Of a stretch of DNA of 64,000 bases, positions 19,414-29,422 are shown piece after piece. How positions within the stretch are numbered: position 1 is the first letter of the stretch; every line of letters starts with the position of its first letter. The translations under genes and the position numbers were made by a program. The stretch lies in assembly GCA_963718615.1 (NCBI GenBank), contig OY970368.1:2336001-2400000 (forward strand), given 5' to 3'. The notes beneath the pieces were generated by a model, which was given only the letters and a program-made list of their open reading frames with translations, had not been told where the DNA came from and did no database searches. The stretch is from an uncultured cyanobacterium. Lineage in GTDB: Bacteria > Cyanobacteriota > Cyanobacteriia > PCC-9006 > JAAUQQ01.

Positions 19414-20271
19414 TTATCGCGACTCACTAGACGTTTTCGGAGACAACAGACCCCCGCAGCGAGGCCCGAGGATTGCGGCCTCCGCCAACGCTTCTAAGTT
19501 TACGCTTTTCAGGAGCTGCGTCCAATCGGCAGTAGCGGCTTCATCGCTGGGATCTGCTCGGCGCTGGGCAATGACAGCCGCCAAGGCATCAAACCAAAAG
19601 CCTTGCTGGGCATAGAGTTGAGCCTGTTCTGCCAGATCTAGCTGATTTAGCTGGTCTGGGGAAAGCTCGCTGGGCAGTGCCTGTCGCTCGATCCATCCCG
19701 ACACATAATCCAAATTCGTCGCCAGGGAATTGCCCTCGCTACAGGCATAGTCCATTGCTAAATACCACTGATACCGCTGACCCAGCGCCAATTCGGGAAG
19801 AGACTCTGGGATCTGAACCGTTACTACACCAGTTTGGTTGGGGGCCTCGACGGGCAATTCATAGAGCACTTCTCCCGCATCATTCAGAACCAACAGCGTC
19901 AGGTCCACCGAAGCCACCTCCGCCGCTGCAATGGGAATATAGAATGCAAACAGGGGATGGGCCTGCGTGGTTTGGCCAATAATCTGATTCGCTTGGCCTG
20001 CTTGGGTCGCTTGATATTGGGGGATCAAAGCCGTGAGCGATGCCAATCGATTTTCGCTTTCACAGGTGCGGCTTGCGCCCTCGCCGCGCTTACCGGGGGC
20101 TCCGCGATCGCTCGACAACTTCGGTAACACAAACTGAAGGGCTCCCCGCTGGGTCTTGGCGCTGGCCTCACCCCGAGGCACCATGACACCGCCAGAAACC
20201 AGGAAGAGGGCGAGGGCCAGGGTGGCAAGTTTACGCTTGAGGGTTGGATGGGTCGTTGTCACGTTCGTCAT
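19414..20271 (-). CDS. DUF928 domain exported protein
   Basis: Signal peptide; PGKRGEGASR, HPLFAFYIP, YQWY, GWIER, YAQQGFWFDAL, WTQLLKSVNL. Confidence 0.88.
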   Translation of the reverse strand: MTNVTTTHPTLKRKLATLALALFLVSGGVMVPRGEASAKTQRGALQFVLPKLSSDRGAPGKRGEGASRTCESENRLASLTALIPQYQATQAGQANQIIGQTTQAHPLFAFYIPIAAAEVASVDLTLLVLNDAGEVLYELPVEAPNQTGVVTVQIPESLPELALGQRYQWYLAMDYACSEGNSLATNLDYVSGWIERQALPSELSPDQLNQLDLAEQAQLYAQQGFWFDALAAVIAQRRADPSDEAATADWTQLLKSVNLEALAEAAILGPRCGGLLSPKTSSESR

Positions 20272-20584
20272 GGCAAGCTGTGTCCGAGAATTGAGATTGA
20301 ACAGTGCAGCTTAGGGCTTAGGTAGGTACGTTAGGCAGGGTACGAAAGAGGGCCTGACTGGTGCTTCGTCCGCTTTGATGCCAGGTTTAACCCGGTTTAA
20401 TGTCGGTTTTGATTTCTTAATCTTGTTTTCGTGCCTTGTTTTCTACCCTACGACAGTCTGCTAATCCTAAAAGTTCCCATTGGGATTGGGGTAAATTGGG
20501 GCAAAGGGAAGTCTGGATTGAGTCATGTCAAGGAGTCTAGAGAGAGAAAAGAGAGAGAAACCTAGCAAAAATTACGGGATTTCC

Positions 20585-21637
20585 TCAACCCCGCAAAATG
20601 CTCATCAAGGGCGCTGGCCCAAAGCGAACCACATCGGTACAGGGAAGCTGGGTTAATTGGGCAACTTGGGCGATCGCCTCCTTGGCCGCCACCACACTCA
20701 AATGCCCTGTATTCAGCGCAATTCCCACCACTTTCACCGGATCATAGGCCCCACCCGCTGCGGCCACCGTTTCATAGAGCCGAATGACCTCTGGCAACGG
20801 CGGAATGGCAATCTGCTCAAATTTACGAATATGGGTTTGTCCGGCGCGATGAACAAGGAGCAAATGGGTCGGCTGACTGCCGCGAATCAGGGGCAGGGTT
20901 GCGGTGGAAGCGGGATGAATCAGTGACCCTTGCCCTTCGATAAAGACGATATCTGCATCGGCTCCCTGTTTCAGGACCTGTTGTTCGACGGCTCCGCTCG
21001 CAAAATCAACTCGCACCGCATCGAGCGGTACACCCTCGCCACTTATCATGATGCCTGCTTGGCCGGTCCCGACAAACTTGGAGCGCAGACCTTGGGCGAG
21101 GGCCGCTTGGTGCAGTTCAAGGCAGGTGGACATTTTGCCGACGGCCATGTCGGTGCCGACGGTGAGAATGCGGGGGCAGAGGAGCGATCGCGCCTGAGCC
21201 CGACCCACACTCAACCCTTCGGGTTCCCGTCGCACATCCCAGATCCATTGCCCCGGTTTAAGCAATGCAGTTAACGCCGGATCCTCAGCCATGCGGGTGT
21301 GGAGACCGTTGACGATCGAGAGACCGGCAGCAACCGCCTGTTTGACTTCAGCTTGCCACGGGGGAGGAAGTTCGCCGCCGCTGGGGGCGATGCCAATGAC
21401 CAGGACATCGGGTTGATAGGGGAGGGCTGCGAGGAGGGAGGGGGCGATCGCCACGTCTCGATCAATCCCCGTCAAGCTACGAAAACTGTCTCCAGCTCCT
21501 AGCTCGGCGCAATCTTCATCAATCACGACGACGATTTCGCCTTGGCGGTACCGCGTCATCGCTAGTCCTGTTTTGCCGTCACTGCCTTTGATGCCGTTGT
21601 GGAGCAGAATCGCCACGCGATGACTCGGTAGAAGCAT
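20585..21637 (-). CDS. DUF1611 P-loop protein (DgcN-like D-glutamate N-acetyltransferase)
   Basis: GKTG, IGIAPSGG, NGLH, VGTDMAVGKM, GTGQAG, EGQGSL...LIRGSQP; adjacent to the epimerase. Confidence 0.88.
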   Translation of the reverse strand: MLLPSHRVAILLHNGIKGSDGKTGLAMTRYRQGEIVVVIDEDCAELGAGDSFRSLTGIDRDVAIAPSLLAALPYQPDVLVIGIAPSGGELPPPWQAEVKQAVAAGLSIVNGLHTRMAEDPALTALLKPGQWIWDVRREPEGLSVGRAQARSLLCPRILTVGTDMAVGKMSTCLELHQAALAQGLRSKFVGTGQAGIMISGEGVPLDAVRVDFASGAVEQQVLKQGADADIVFIEGQGSLIHPASTATLPLIRGSQPTHLLLVHRAGQTHIRKFEQIAIPPLPEVIRLYETVAAAGGAYDPVKVVGIALNTGHLSVVAAKEAIAQVAQLTQLPCTDVVRFGPAPLMSILRG

Positions 21638-21711
21638 AGTCCTTAGGTTGGAAAGAGCGCCTGACTTTAGTGTGCCTGATTTTTATCCCTGTAGACCCTC
21701 GATCGCTTGTC

Positions 21712-22761
21712 CTATAAGTCTGCCCGAGTCACGCCCAACCCCGGCAAATCCTTCGGCACCACACAACTATCCTTTAACTCAGCCCCTTGGAACGGATCAT
21801 CCAATAAATTCAAGTGACTATCCAAATCCAAATAATCGGCTAGCGGGGAAAGCTGAGCTGCCGCTGTGTTGAGTAAACAACTATCGGAATAGCAACCAAA
21901 CATCACCTTGAGCCCATGGGCTTTGGCCGTGTGGATCATCCGCTGGGCTTCGCTGAGACCGCCACATTTCATCAGTTTGATATTGATACCGTCAACGCGA
22001 TCGCTCAATCTCGGAATATCCGCCGTTGTCCAACAGCTTTCATCCACAAAAATCGGTAGGGGGGATTTTGCCTTGAGCCAAACCAAATCCTCCTCCTGTC
22101 CCTTCGCCAAAGGCTGCTCAATATATTCCACCTGTCTCATGGCCAACCACTCTGCCATCACGAGGGCATCTTCCAAACCCCAACCGCCGTTGGCATCGAC
22201 GTAGAGCCGAGCACCGGAGGGAGCGATCGCCTGCACCGCTTCAAACATGGCCTGGTCCGCTGCGAGGCCCTCGGGACTCCCCAATTTGAGTTTGATTAAC
22301 TTCACCGGCAGTTGTTCCTGCCAAGCCCGTAGGCGCTCCTGGGCCGCCTCGGGGGTACTGATGCCAATCGTGACAGAAATGGGCTGGATGCGATCGCGAT
22401 CCAGTCCCCACAGTTTCCAAAGTGGCAGTTGCAGCGCCTTGCCCAACCAATCGTGCATCGCCACATCGATCGCCGTTTTCACACCGGAAGAAACCTGTTG
22501 CTCCTGCAGTATTTGCTCCACCCGTTGGCGCTCCCAGGGGCTGATCGATTTCAGGAGGGGGGCTAACTGCTCCAATTCAGCTTGCCATTGAGCAGTGGTT
22601 TGTGCCTGACCACCCGTCGAGAAGGGCGAGGCTTCTCCCCAGCCTTCAATACCCTCTGCGATCAGCCGCAGCCAGAGATTGTCACTCGCAGCTGTCGTGC
22701 CTCGACTAATGCGGAGGGCATAGCGTTTATGAACGGTAAAAGTGGAGATACGGAGTTCCAT
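21712..22761 (-). CDS. Enolase-superfamily dipeptide epimerase (L-Ala-D/L-Glu epimerase / DgcA-like)
   Basis: GWGEA, KLKLG, VDANGGW, IEQP, VDES, NIKLMKCGG, DLD. Confidence 0.9.
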   Translation of the reverse strand: MELRISTFTVHKRYALRISRGTTAASDNLWLRLIAEGIEGWGEASPFSTGGQAQTTAQWQAELEQLAPLLKSISPWERQRVEQILQEQQVSSGVKTAIDVAMHDWLGKALQLPLWKLWGLDRDRIQPISVTIGISTPEAAQERLRAWQEQLPVKLIKLKLGSPEGLAADQAMFEAVQAIAPSGARLYVDANGGWGLEDALVMAEWLAMRQVEYIEQPLAKGQEEDLVWLKAKSPLPIFVDESCWTTADIPRLSDRVDGINIKLMKCGGLSEAQRMIHTAKAHGLKVMFGCYSDSCLLNTAAAQLSPLADYLDLDSHLNLLDDPFQGAELKDSCVVPKDLPGLGVTRADL

Positions 22762-22901
22762 GACGTTATGATGCAACTGAGAAGGATCAAACCTGTCTCC
22801 AGCTTATAAAGTTAAGGATGTAATGAATCAGCAAATCTGATAGAAATTTAACAGTCTTGTATTGGTTCAGATGGTTACCGCCAGGATACATCCCAGCACC
22901 T

Positions 22902-24878
22902 ATGGCTCGCTCCCTTTCTTCCCATGATTCCAACCCCAAGGCCCAGATTTCGGCCTTGGAAGACCAGCTTGCGGCAATGACCGCCAGAGTCAAAACCTTA
23001 GAACAGCAACTTCATCAGCAAAGCACCGTCGAGCGCCTGAATCTTGTTACGGAGGCGATGAAAAGCTATGTCTATGATTTCGATTTTCGAAATAATCGCA
23101 ATTATCCAGATTGTGGCTTCTTTGGGGTAACAGGATATCAGCCCGAAGAAATGCCTGAAGATCCAGAGCGACTTAGGGATTATATTCACCCTGAAGACTT
23201 GTTGCGAGTCAACAGGAGCTGGAAACAAGCCCTGGCAGATCCCCAGTGCGATCGCTGGTCTATGGAGTTTCGACTCAAGCATAAGGATGGCCATTATATT
23301 GATTTATTGGATCAAACCGTCTTTATTCGGGATGATCAGGGGACTGTGGTTCGGGCCGTGGGGAATTGCTGGGATGTGAGCGATCGCAAACAAGCCGAAA
23401 AAGCATTGCAACAAAGCGAGGCTCAGTTTCGATCCATTTTTGAACAGAACACAGTAAGTTCTGCCATTATGGATGAACAGGCTAGATTTGTACAGGTCAA
23501 TCAAGCCTATTGTGAACTTCTAGGATATTCAGAATCTGAGCTTTTGGGTAAAAGTGCGATTGAATTAACCTATCCATCCGATCAATTTAAATGTGCTGCT
23601 GTCATTAACGCCATCAAACAAAAGTATAGATCTTCTTACAGAATAGAAAAACGCTATATTCGCAAAGATGGTCAACTTCGATGGGTCTCAATTTATGTAA
23701 CCTCGGCGCTGACGGACTTTATGATTAGCACGGCTGTGGATATTACCTCCTATAAAGAAGCTGAGCTTAGACTCCAACAGCTCAATCAGAATCTAGGGAA
23801 CTTGGTTCAAGAGCAAACCCAAGCGCTCCAAAAAAATGAAGAACTTTTCCGTCGTTTATTCGACGAAGCACCTATTGGCATTGCGATTGTGCATGGCAAG
23901 TCAGGCCAAATAGAACAAGTCAATCAGGAATTCTGCAACATGCTCGGTTATTCTGTGGAAGAGCTTCAAGGCGTTTCCTATAGAGATATTAGCGATGCGA
24001 GAGATCTTGCCTTAGAGGCTCCCTATGTTGAGCAAGTCCTGGCCCAGGTAAGCACCGGTTATCAAATTGAGAAGCGATATATTCGCAAAAACGGCAAAGT
24101 TTTTTGGGCACAACTTACCTCCAGAGTTCTCAGCCACCAAGCTCCCCAGTCTCCTCTCTATACATTGGGGATGATTGAAGATATTAGCGATCGCAAACAA
24201 GCGGAACAACTGCTCCAAGATCAACAGCTACAGCTACAAGCTTCCCTAGAAGAAAAGGATATTTTGCTCAAGGAAGTCCATCATCGTGTCAAAAATAATC
24301 TCCAGATTATCTCCAGTCTATTGCAGATGCAAACGCGCAGAATATCGGATGAGCCGATCGCCATGCTTCTGCGAGAATCCTGTAACCGGATTCAGTCGAT
24401 CGCGCTTATCCATGAACAGCTCTATCAATCTTCCGACTTGTCAAAAATTATATTTAGCGAATATCTCGATACCTTAATCGCTCATTTATTTGTATCCTAT
24501 GGTATTCGCGCCAATCGAGTTGCTTTTTCGATTAATTCAGATAACAAGTATCTGACGCTCAATACCGCAATTCCCTGTGGCTTGATCGTGACAGAGTTAG
24601 TTTCCAATGCCTTGAAATATGCCTTTCCGCAGGGACAAACGGGCAGCATTAAAATTGAACTACATCACCAAAGTAATCCTGAAAATACCATAGGACGATT
24701 GGTCGTGGCGGATGATGGCATAGGTTTACCCATAGACCTCGATTGGCAAAACACACAATCCTTAGGTCTACTGATTGTGAAAAATCTAGTAAAACAAATC
24801 AAAGGGTCGATTACCCTCGATCGCTCAACCGGGTGTCATTTCGAAATCTGTTTTCCACTCGATCAACCTAAGTCATAG
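22902..24878 (+). CDS. Multi-PAS sensor histidine kinase (HisKA_2 type)
   Basis: Three PAS/PAC units; LLKEVHHRVKNNLQ H-box, ELVSNALKYAF, DDGIG, SLGL. Confidence 0.92.
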   Translation: MARSLSSHDSNPKAQISALEDQLAAMTARVKTLEQQLHQQSTVERLNLVTEAMKSYVYDFDFRNNRNYPDCGFFGVTGYQPEEMPEDPERLRDYIHPEDLLRVNRSWKQALADPQCDRWSMEFRLKHKDGHYIDLLDQTVFIRDDQGTVVRAVGNCWDVSDRKQAEKALQQSEAQFRSIFEQNTVSSAIMDEQARFVQVNQAYCELLGYSESELLGKSAIELTYPSDQFKCAAVINAIKQKYRSSYRIEKRYIRKDGQLRWVSIYVTSALTDFMISTAVDITSYKEAELRLQQLNQNLGNLVQEQTQALQKNEELFRRLFDEAPIGIAIVHGKSGQIEQVNQEFCNMLGYSVEELQGVSYRDISDARDLALEAPYVEQVLAQVSTGYQIEKRYIRKNGKVFWAQLTSRVLSHQAPQSPLYTLGMIEDISDRKQAEQLLQDQQLQLQASLEEKDILLKEVHHRVKNNLQIISSLLQMQTRRISDEPIAMLLRESCNRIQSIALIHEQLYQSSDLSKIIFSEYLDTLIAHLFVSYGIRANRVAFSINSDNKYLTLNTAIPCGLIVTELVSNALKYAFPQGQTGSIKIELHHQSNPENTIGRLVVADDGIGLPIDLDWQNTQSLGLLIVKNLVKQIKGSITLDRSTGCHFEICFPLDQPKS

Positions 24879-25968
24879 ATCGGGGAATGATCACACTCAC
24901 GCAAGTGCCTTGACCTACCCGACTGGTCACTTCGATCTCGCCTCTTAGGAGTTCTAGGGCACGTTTGACAATTGTTAATCCTAAACCAGTTCCCGCGATC
25001 GCCTTCGCATTTCCCGCTCGCACAAAGGGCGAAAACAGGACAGCCTGGGTCTCTTCGGGAATACCAATCCCGTGATCTTCGATGATGATCGAGAGTTGCT
25101 CTCCTACTTCTGTCAGTCTCACGCCAACAAAACCATCCGGATCCGAATATTTAGTTGCATTGGAGAGCAGATTGTTGAGCACATGCCACAGTAAGGTTTT
25201 ATCTAAAAAAACCAGAGGATTTGATAGCTGAGTCATCAATTGAATACGACATCGATTGGAATTCGTCACGGTCCAGAGCTCGACCAATTCTTGGCAAAAC
25301 TCTAGAATATTTAATGATTCGGGTCTAGTGTCAACGCGATTCTGCTTGACTTTCTCTAAAAATAGGACATCTTCAACCAAGCTAGATAGCAATTGGGTGG
25401 CGGATTGAATTTGCTTCAAATGCTTAGTTATTTTTTCGTCGGAGAGGCGATCGCGAAACCGCTCCAAAATATCCACCGAAATTTGAATCGCCCCCAAAGG
25501 ATTACGCAACTCATGGCTCATCATCGCAATTTGTTCGGAGTGGGATTGCAGTTCAAGTTCTGCCAGAGACTGAGCCTGTCTGGCATTGACTTCAGCCTGA
25601 TGGCGACTGAGGGCAATGTCGATCGCCGTTGACAAAATTTGTCCATTAAAGGGCTTAAGAATATAGCCAAAGGGTTCGCTACGCTTGACCCGTTCCAGGG
25701 TTTTTCGATCGGCATTGGCCGTCAAATAGACCACTGGAATATCAAACTGGGCTTGAATCTGTTCTGAGGCTGCAATGCCGTCGGTTTCGCCTGCCAATTG
25801 AATATCCATCAGCACCAAATCCGGCTGAAGAGCCTGAATCTGCTCCATCACCTCTTCTGCGGTCGCAAAAATTCCTGGAACCTGATAGCCCAAAACCTCA
25901 AGAGATTCCTTGATGTCATAGGCAATCAACCATTCGTCTTCGACCACGAGGATTTTTTCAGCCATCAT
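24868..25968 (-). CDS. Hybrid response regulator-histidine kinase (REC-HisKA-HATPase)
   Basis: ILVVEDE, LMDI, YILKPF; SHELRNPL, NLLSNATKYS, DHGIGI, GTGLGL. Confidence 0.92.
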   Translation of the reverse strand: MMAEKILVVEDEWLIAYDIKESLEVLGYQVPGIFATAEEVMEQIQALQPDLVLMDIQLAGETDGIAASEQIQAQFDIPVVYLTANADRKTLERVKRSEPFGYILKPFNGQILSTAIDIALSRHQAEVNARQAQSLAELELQSHSEQIAMMSHELRNPLGAIQISVDILERFRDRLSDEKITKHLKQIQSATQLLSSLVEDVLFLEKVKQNRVDTRPESLNILEFCQELVELWTVTNSNRCRIQLMTQLSNPLVFLDKTLLWHVLNNLLSNATKYSDPDGFVGVRLTEVGEQLSIIIEDHGIGIPEETQAVLFSPFVRAGNAKAIAGTGLGLTIVKRALELLRGEIEVTSRVGQGTCVSVIIPRSMT

Positions 25969-26087
25969 GCATTACATCGAAGCTGGGTAACGGGAAACAG
26001 CTTGGGCGGTCCTGCGTCATTTTGGACTAGTTTTTCAAGGGTGATTATTTCAATGATTATCATAAGTATAATTAATTTATCGTATTT

Positions 26088-27359
26088 TTATTCCTTTGGA
26101 ACAAAAACAGTCAACCCTTGGGGTACACATTCGATTTCAACGGGTGTCATGCCTACGATCTCCCCATCCAAGACAATTTTCTGAGGAGGGTTGGTCGAAA
26201 TCTTAAGTTGATGGGTTCGCATGTGGTGAACTTGGGGATGACCGGGTTGGGTTTTCAGCAGTGCAGCCCCCAGCGCGCTCATCATCGAAGTTACGGCTTG
26301 GAGTTTGGTCTCGGCAGTGGCGATCGTCACATCCAATAACCCATCATCAAAGGGCACATCCCCCATGCCCTGGGCTAAAAACGAGGTGGGAGGAGCCGCG
26401 TTGGCCACGGTAATGGCCGCTGCCTCAAAGGGATAAATTTGCTCGTTAATCTCAATGTTGGCTTCAAACAGCTCCTGTTCATTCAGTTGCTGCCAGCCTG
26501 CCATCAAATAAGCCAATGCGCCCCATTGATTTTTTAGCTCCCGGTCCGCTCGCTCCACGGTCTCGGCTTCAAAGCCAATTCCCGCCAGTAGGATCATCGG
26601 CATGCCATTGCAATAGGCTGCATCGACCACGCGGGTATGCCCCTCGGCAATGATGCGGCAGGCGGTGCGGATTTGCATGATGGCGCTCGTAATCCCTAAG
26701 GCTGCGCAAAACGCATTCGCCGTACCCCGAGGAATCACGCCCAGCGGCACGTTGCTCTTAATCAACTGTCCGGCCACCGCTGAGACCGTTCCATCGCCAC
26801 CAGAGGCAATCACCAGATCAGCCTGAGCGAGCAGCGCTTTCTGAGTCAGAATCTCAGCATCGACTTCGACAGTTGTACTATGAACTTGCAGGTCAAAATA
26901 AGGGTCCAGTAAATTTTGGATCAAGACCAGTTCTTCATCCGCATTGCCTTGCCCCGCGACGGGATTAAAGATGAGGTGGGCGACGCGGCTGCGGGCGAGT
27001 CCTTCGATCAAAAACCGACTGGTTGCCCCATGGGTGGCAAAGGCAACTTCATAGCGCTGGCAAATTTGCAAGAGCGCTTGGATCCCTGGCAATTCAGAGT
27101 CTAAAGCAAACGGATCTACCCAGCAAAATACAGCACAAACCTTGCCCTCAACGACCTCACTGGCCACCTGCACCACGCCGCCCAAAGCGCCCGAAGCATA
27201 ACAATGGAAGGTCAGATCCGTAGACTCTTGCAACCGTTGGCCGGTGTTCCCTGTGGCGATGAGCCGATAGCGGGATAACACGATCCCATGGGTTCTGACA
27301 AATTCAATTAGGTTATTTTTCTGGGAATCATGGGCGATAAAGGCGATCGTTGCGGACAT
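26088..27359 (-). CDS. Methylglyoxal-synthase-like domain fused to YegS/DAGK-type lipid kinase
   Basis: IAFIAHD..K and ATGNTG (MGS fold); NPVAG, SGGDGTV, PRGTANAF, DDGLLDV, LDGE (DAGK). Confidence 0.88.
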   Translation of the reverse strand: MSATIAFIAHDSQKNNLIEFVRTHGIVLSRYRLIATGNTGQRLQESTDLTFHCYASGALGGVVQVASEVVEGKVCAVFCWVDPFALDSELPGIQALLQICQRYEVAFATHGATSRFLIEGLARSRVAHLIFNPVAGQGNADEELVLIQNLLDPYFDLQVHSTTVEVDAEILTQKALLAQADLVIASGGDGTVSAVAGQLIKSNVPLGVIPRGTANAFCAALGITSAIMQIRTACRIIAEGHTRVVDAAYCNGMPMILLAGIGFEAETVERADRELKNQWGALAYLMAGWQQLNEQELFEANIEINEQIYPFEAAAITVANAAPPTSFLAQGMGDVPFDDGLLDVTIATAETKLQAVTSMMSALGAALLKTQPGHPQVHHMRTHQLKISTNPPQKIVLDGEIVGMTPVEIECVPQGLTVFVPKE

Positions 27360-27363
27360 AGAG

Positions 27364-27410
27364 GGAGATTGTGGGGGGTGGGAGATTGTGGGGGGTAGGA
27401 GATTGTGGGG
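27364..27410. repeat. 17-bp tandem repeat GGAGATTGTGGGGGGT(G/A), about 2.8 copies
   Basis: Copies start at 27364, 27381 and 27398, between divergent genes. Confidence 0.85.
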
Positions 27411-27528
27411 ATAGATTTTGGAAGCCTAGGGTGTATTGTCAAGTCGTTACACTAAAGAATCGATCTATCCTGCGGCATATCATTATTGCGTGCAATCTTC
27501 TCCCGCTTCTTCCGTCCCTCCGTCTGCT

Positions 27529-28842
27529 ATGACCACTCATCAGGTTTTGCCGGGTTTGTCGCTTACGCCGGAACAGGCTGAAGCCCTGGAAGCCCTGTTG
27601 GGGTTTGTGAATAGTGGCGATCGCCTCTATCTTCTCACAGGCTACGCGGGCACCGGCAAAACCACATTGCTGCAAGCCTTGCTCACCTGTTTGCGGCAGA
27701 TCAAAGACGATCGCCCCATTGTTTTTACGGCCCTCAGTAATAAGGCCACCAAGGTCCTGTCATCCATGGCCCAGCGCTGGAAGCTGAAGGTGGACTGCAT
27801 GACCTGCTGTAAGTTGCTGGGGCTGAAACCCACCATCGATAAGGATACTGGCACCCAAACCTTTACGCCCGATCGCAACCGCGAGAGTCTCATCACCCGC
27901 TATGCCTTGGTGGTGGTCGATGAATGTTCGATGATCAACCAGGAGATGTGGGAGCTCTTGGTCAAGGCGATTTCCCGACTCGATAGCACGACGCAAATTC
28001 TGTTTGTGGGGGATTCAGCCCAACTGCCGCCGGTGAATGAAACCGAGTCCCTATGTTTTCAGCAGATTTATGACCGCACGGACCTAACGACGGTCATCCG
28101 CTATGGAGGGGCCATTGGTCTGTTGGCCGATGATGTGCGCCGTAATCTAGAACGACAGCGGCTGCCCCGATGGGAGAGCGATCGCAATGCGCAAAAAACT
28201 GAAGGGGTATTCGTGCTACCGCCCCATCAGTGGGAAAAGCTGCTTCTCCGGGCCTTTCGCAGCGAAGCCGCCCAAAACAATTCCGACCAAGTGCGAGTGT
28301 TGGCCTACACCAATCGGCGGGTGCGTCAGCTCAATCGACGCATTCGGGCGGAGATCTATGGCGAAAATATCGAACGGTTTGTCCCCGGCGAGCGACTCCT
28401 CGCCAATACCCCCTGTCTAGACGAGGACAGCATTATTTTGCAAACCTCGGAAGAGTGCGAAGTGCTAGAGGTGTATCGGGCTAAGGTTCAGGATTCAGTG
28501 CTGCAAGAGCGCTGGCAGGTTTGGTCTTTGGAGGTGCGGACTGAAGAGGGGCAGTCGCGACGGCTGCGGGTCCTGCATGAAAATGAAGGCGATCGCCTCG
28601 CCCTCATCCTCAAGGGCCACGCCCAATCCAAATCCTGGAAAAGCTTCTGGGAGCTAAAGCAATTTTTCCACGATGTCAACTATGCCTACAGTCTGACGGT
28701 CCACAAAAGTCAAGGCTCGACCTTTCAGGATGTCTTTGTGGATTTACCCAACCTCATGACCAATCCCAAGGTGACTGAGCGCAACCAGCTCTGCTATGTG
28801 GCTTTTACCAGGGCGGCTCGACGGTTATTTTTATATCAATGA
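27529..28842 (+). CDS. SF1B DNA helicase (Dda/RecD/Pif1-like)
   Basis: GYAGTGKT, VDECSM, GDSAQLPPV, YTN, YSLTVHKSQGSTF, YVAFTRA. Confidence 0.9.
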   Translation: MTTHQVLPGLSLTPEQAEALEALLGFVNSGDRLYLLTGYAGTGKTTLLQALLTCLRQIKDDRPIVFTALSNKATKVLSSMAQRWKLKVDCMTCCKLLGLKPTIDKDTGTQTFTPDRNRESLITRYALVVVDECSMINQEMWELLVKAISRLDSTTQILFVGDSAQLPPVNETESLCFQQIYDRTDLTTVIRYGGAIGLLADDVRRNLERQRLPRWESDRNAQKTEGVFVLPPHQWEKLLLRAFRSEAAQNNSDQVRVLAYTNRRVRQLNRRIRAEIYGENIERFVPGERLLANTPCLDEDSIILQTSEECEVLEVYRAKVQDSVLQERWQVWSLEVRTEEGQSRRLRVLHENEGDRLALILKGHAQSKSWKSFWELKQFFHDVNYAYSLTVHKSQGSTFQDVFVDLPNLMTNPKVTERNQLCYVAFTRAARRLFLYQ

Positions 28843-29121
28843 GTCTTTAAGACCATTGTTTAAAGATATGAACAAGATTGGATAAAGATTACCGGAACCC
28901 CTTACCCTCCAGGACGTCGTATAAATTGTAACGAGATACAATTTCGACGAAACTTCGGAAATTCGTGAAATCCAGCTTGATGATCTCCGTATCTGCTTTT
29001 ATCTGCTTTACAAAACTTTATCCACAAGCTCTCTCCGCTGATAGAGTTTGATGGGCTGTAAAAGTTCGCACAATATATTCATTCCTTTCTCGCTTTTTAA
29101 ATACCATCGACATTGACGATC

Positions 29122-29304
29122 ATGTCTAAATCACAGGATCATTGGGACGACTGTTACGCCCTCGCCCAGTGGCTGAAGCAAAAATCCTTGCAGGATGCAA
29201 TTCCACCCCTAGAAAGCCCAGAGGACAGAGCTGTGCGGGTCACGCAGGAAGCGATCGCCGATCTTCAGCGCCGAGCTGACAGCCTGCGTCAACGCTACCA
29301 GTAG
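29122..29304 (+). CDS. Small hypothetical protein (60 aa, helical)
   Basis: ATG-started ORF after an AT-rich promoter-like region; C-terminal half looks coiled-coil; no family recognised. Confidence 0.45.
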   Translation: MSKSQDHWDDCYALAQWLKQKSLQDAIPPLESPEDRAVRVTQEAIADLQRRADSLRQRYQ

Positions 29305-29422
29305 TCCCGTAGATGAGGCCGAGGACATGACGAGGTTTTCCCATCAGCGATAAAATAAGCAGACTGAACCCCTAGATTACCTCTAGATTGCCGACTGCCC
29401 TTCTGCTGGATTGACTGAACCT

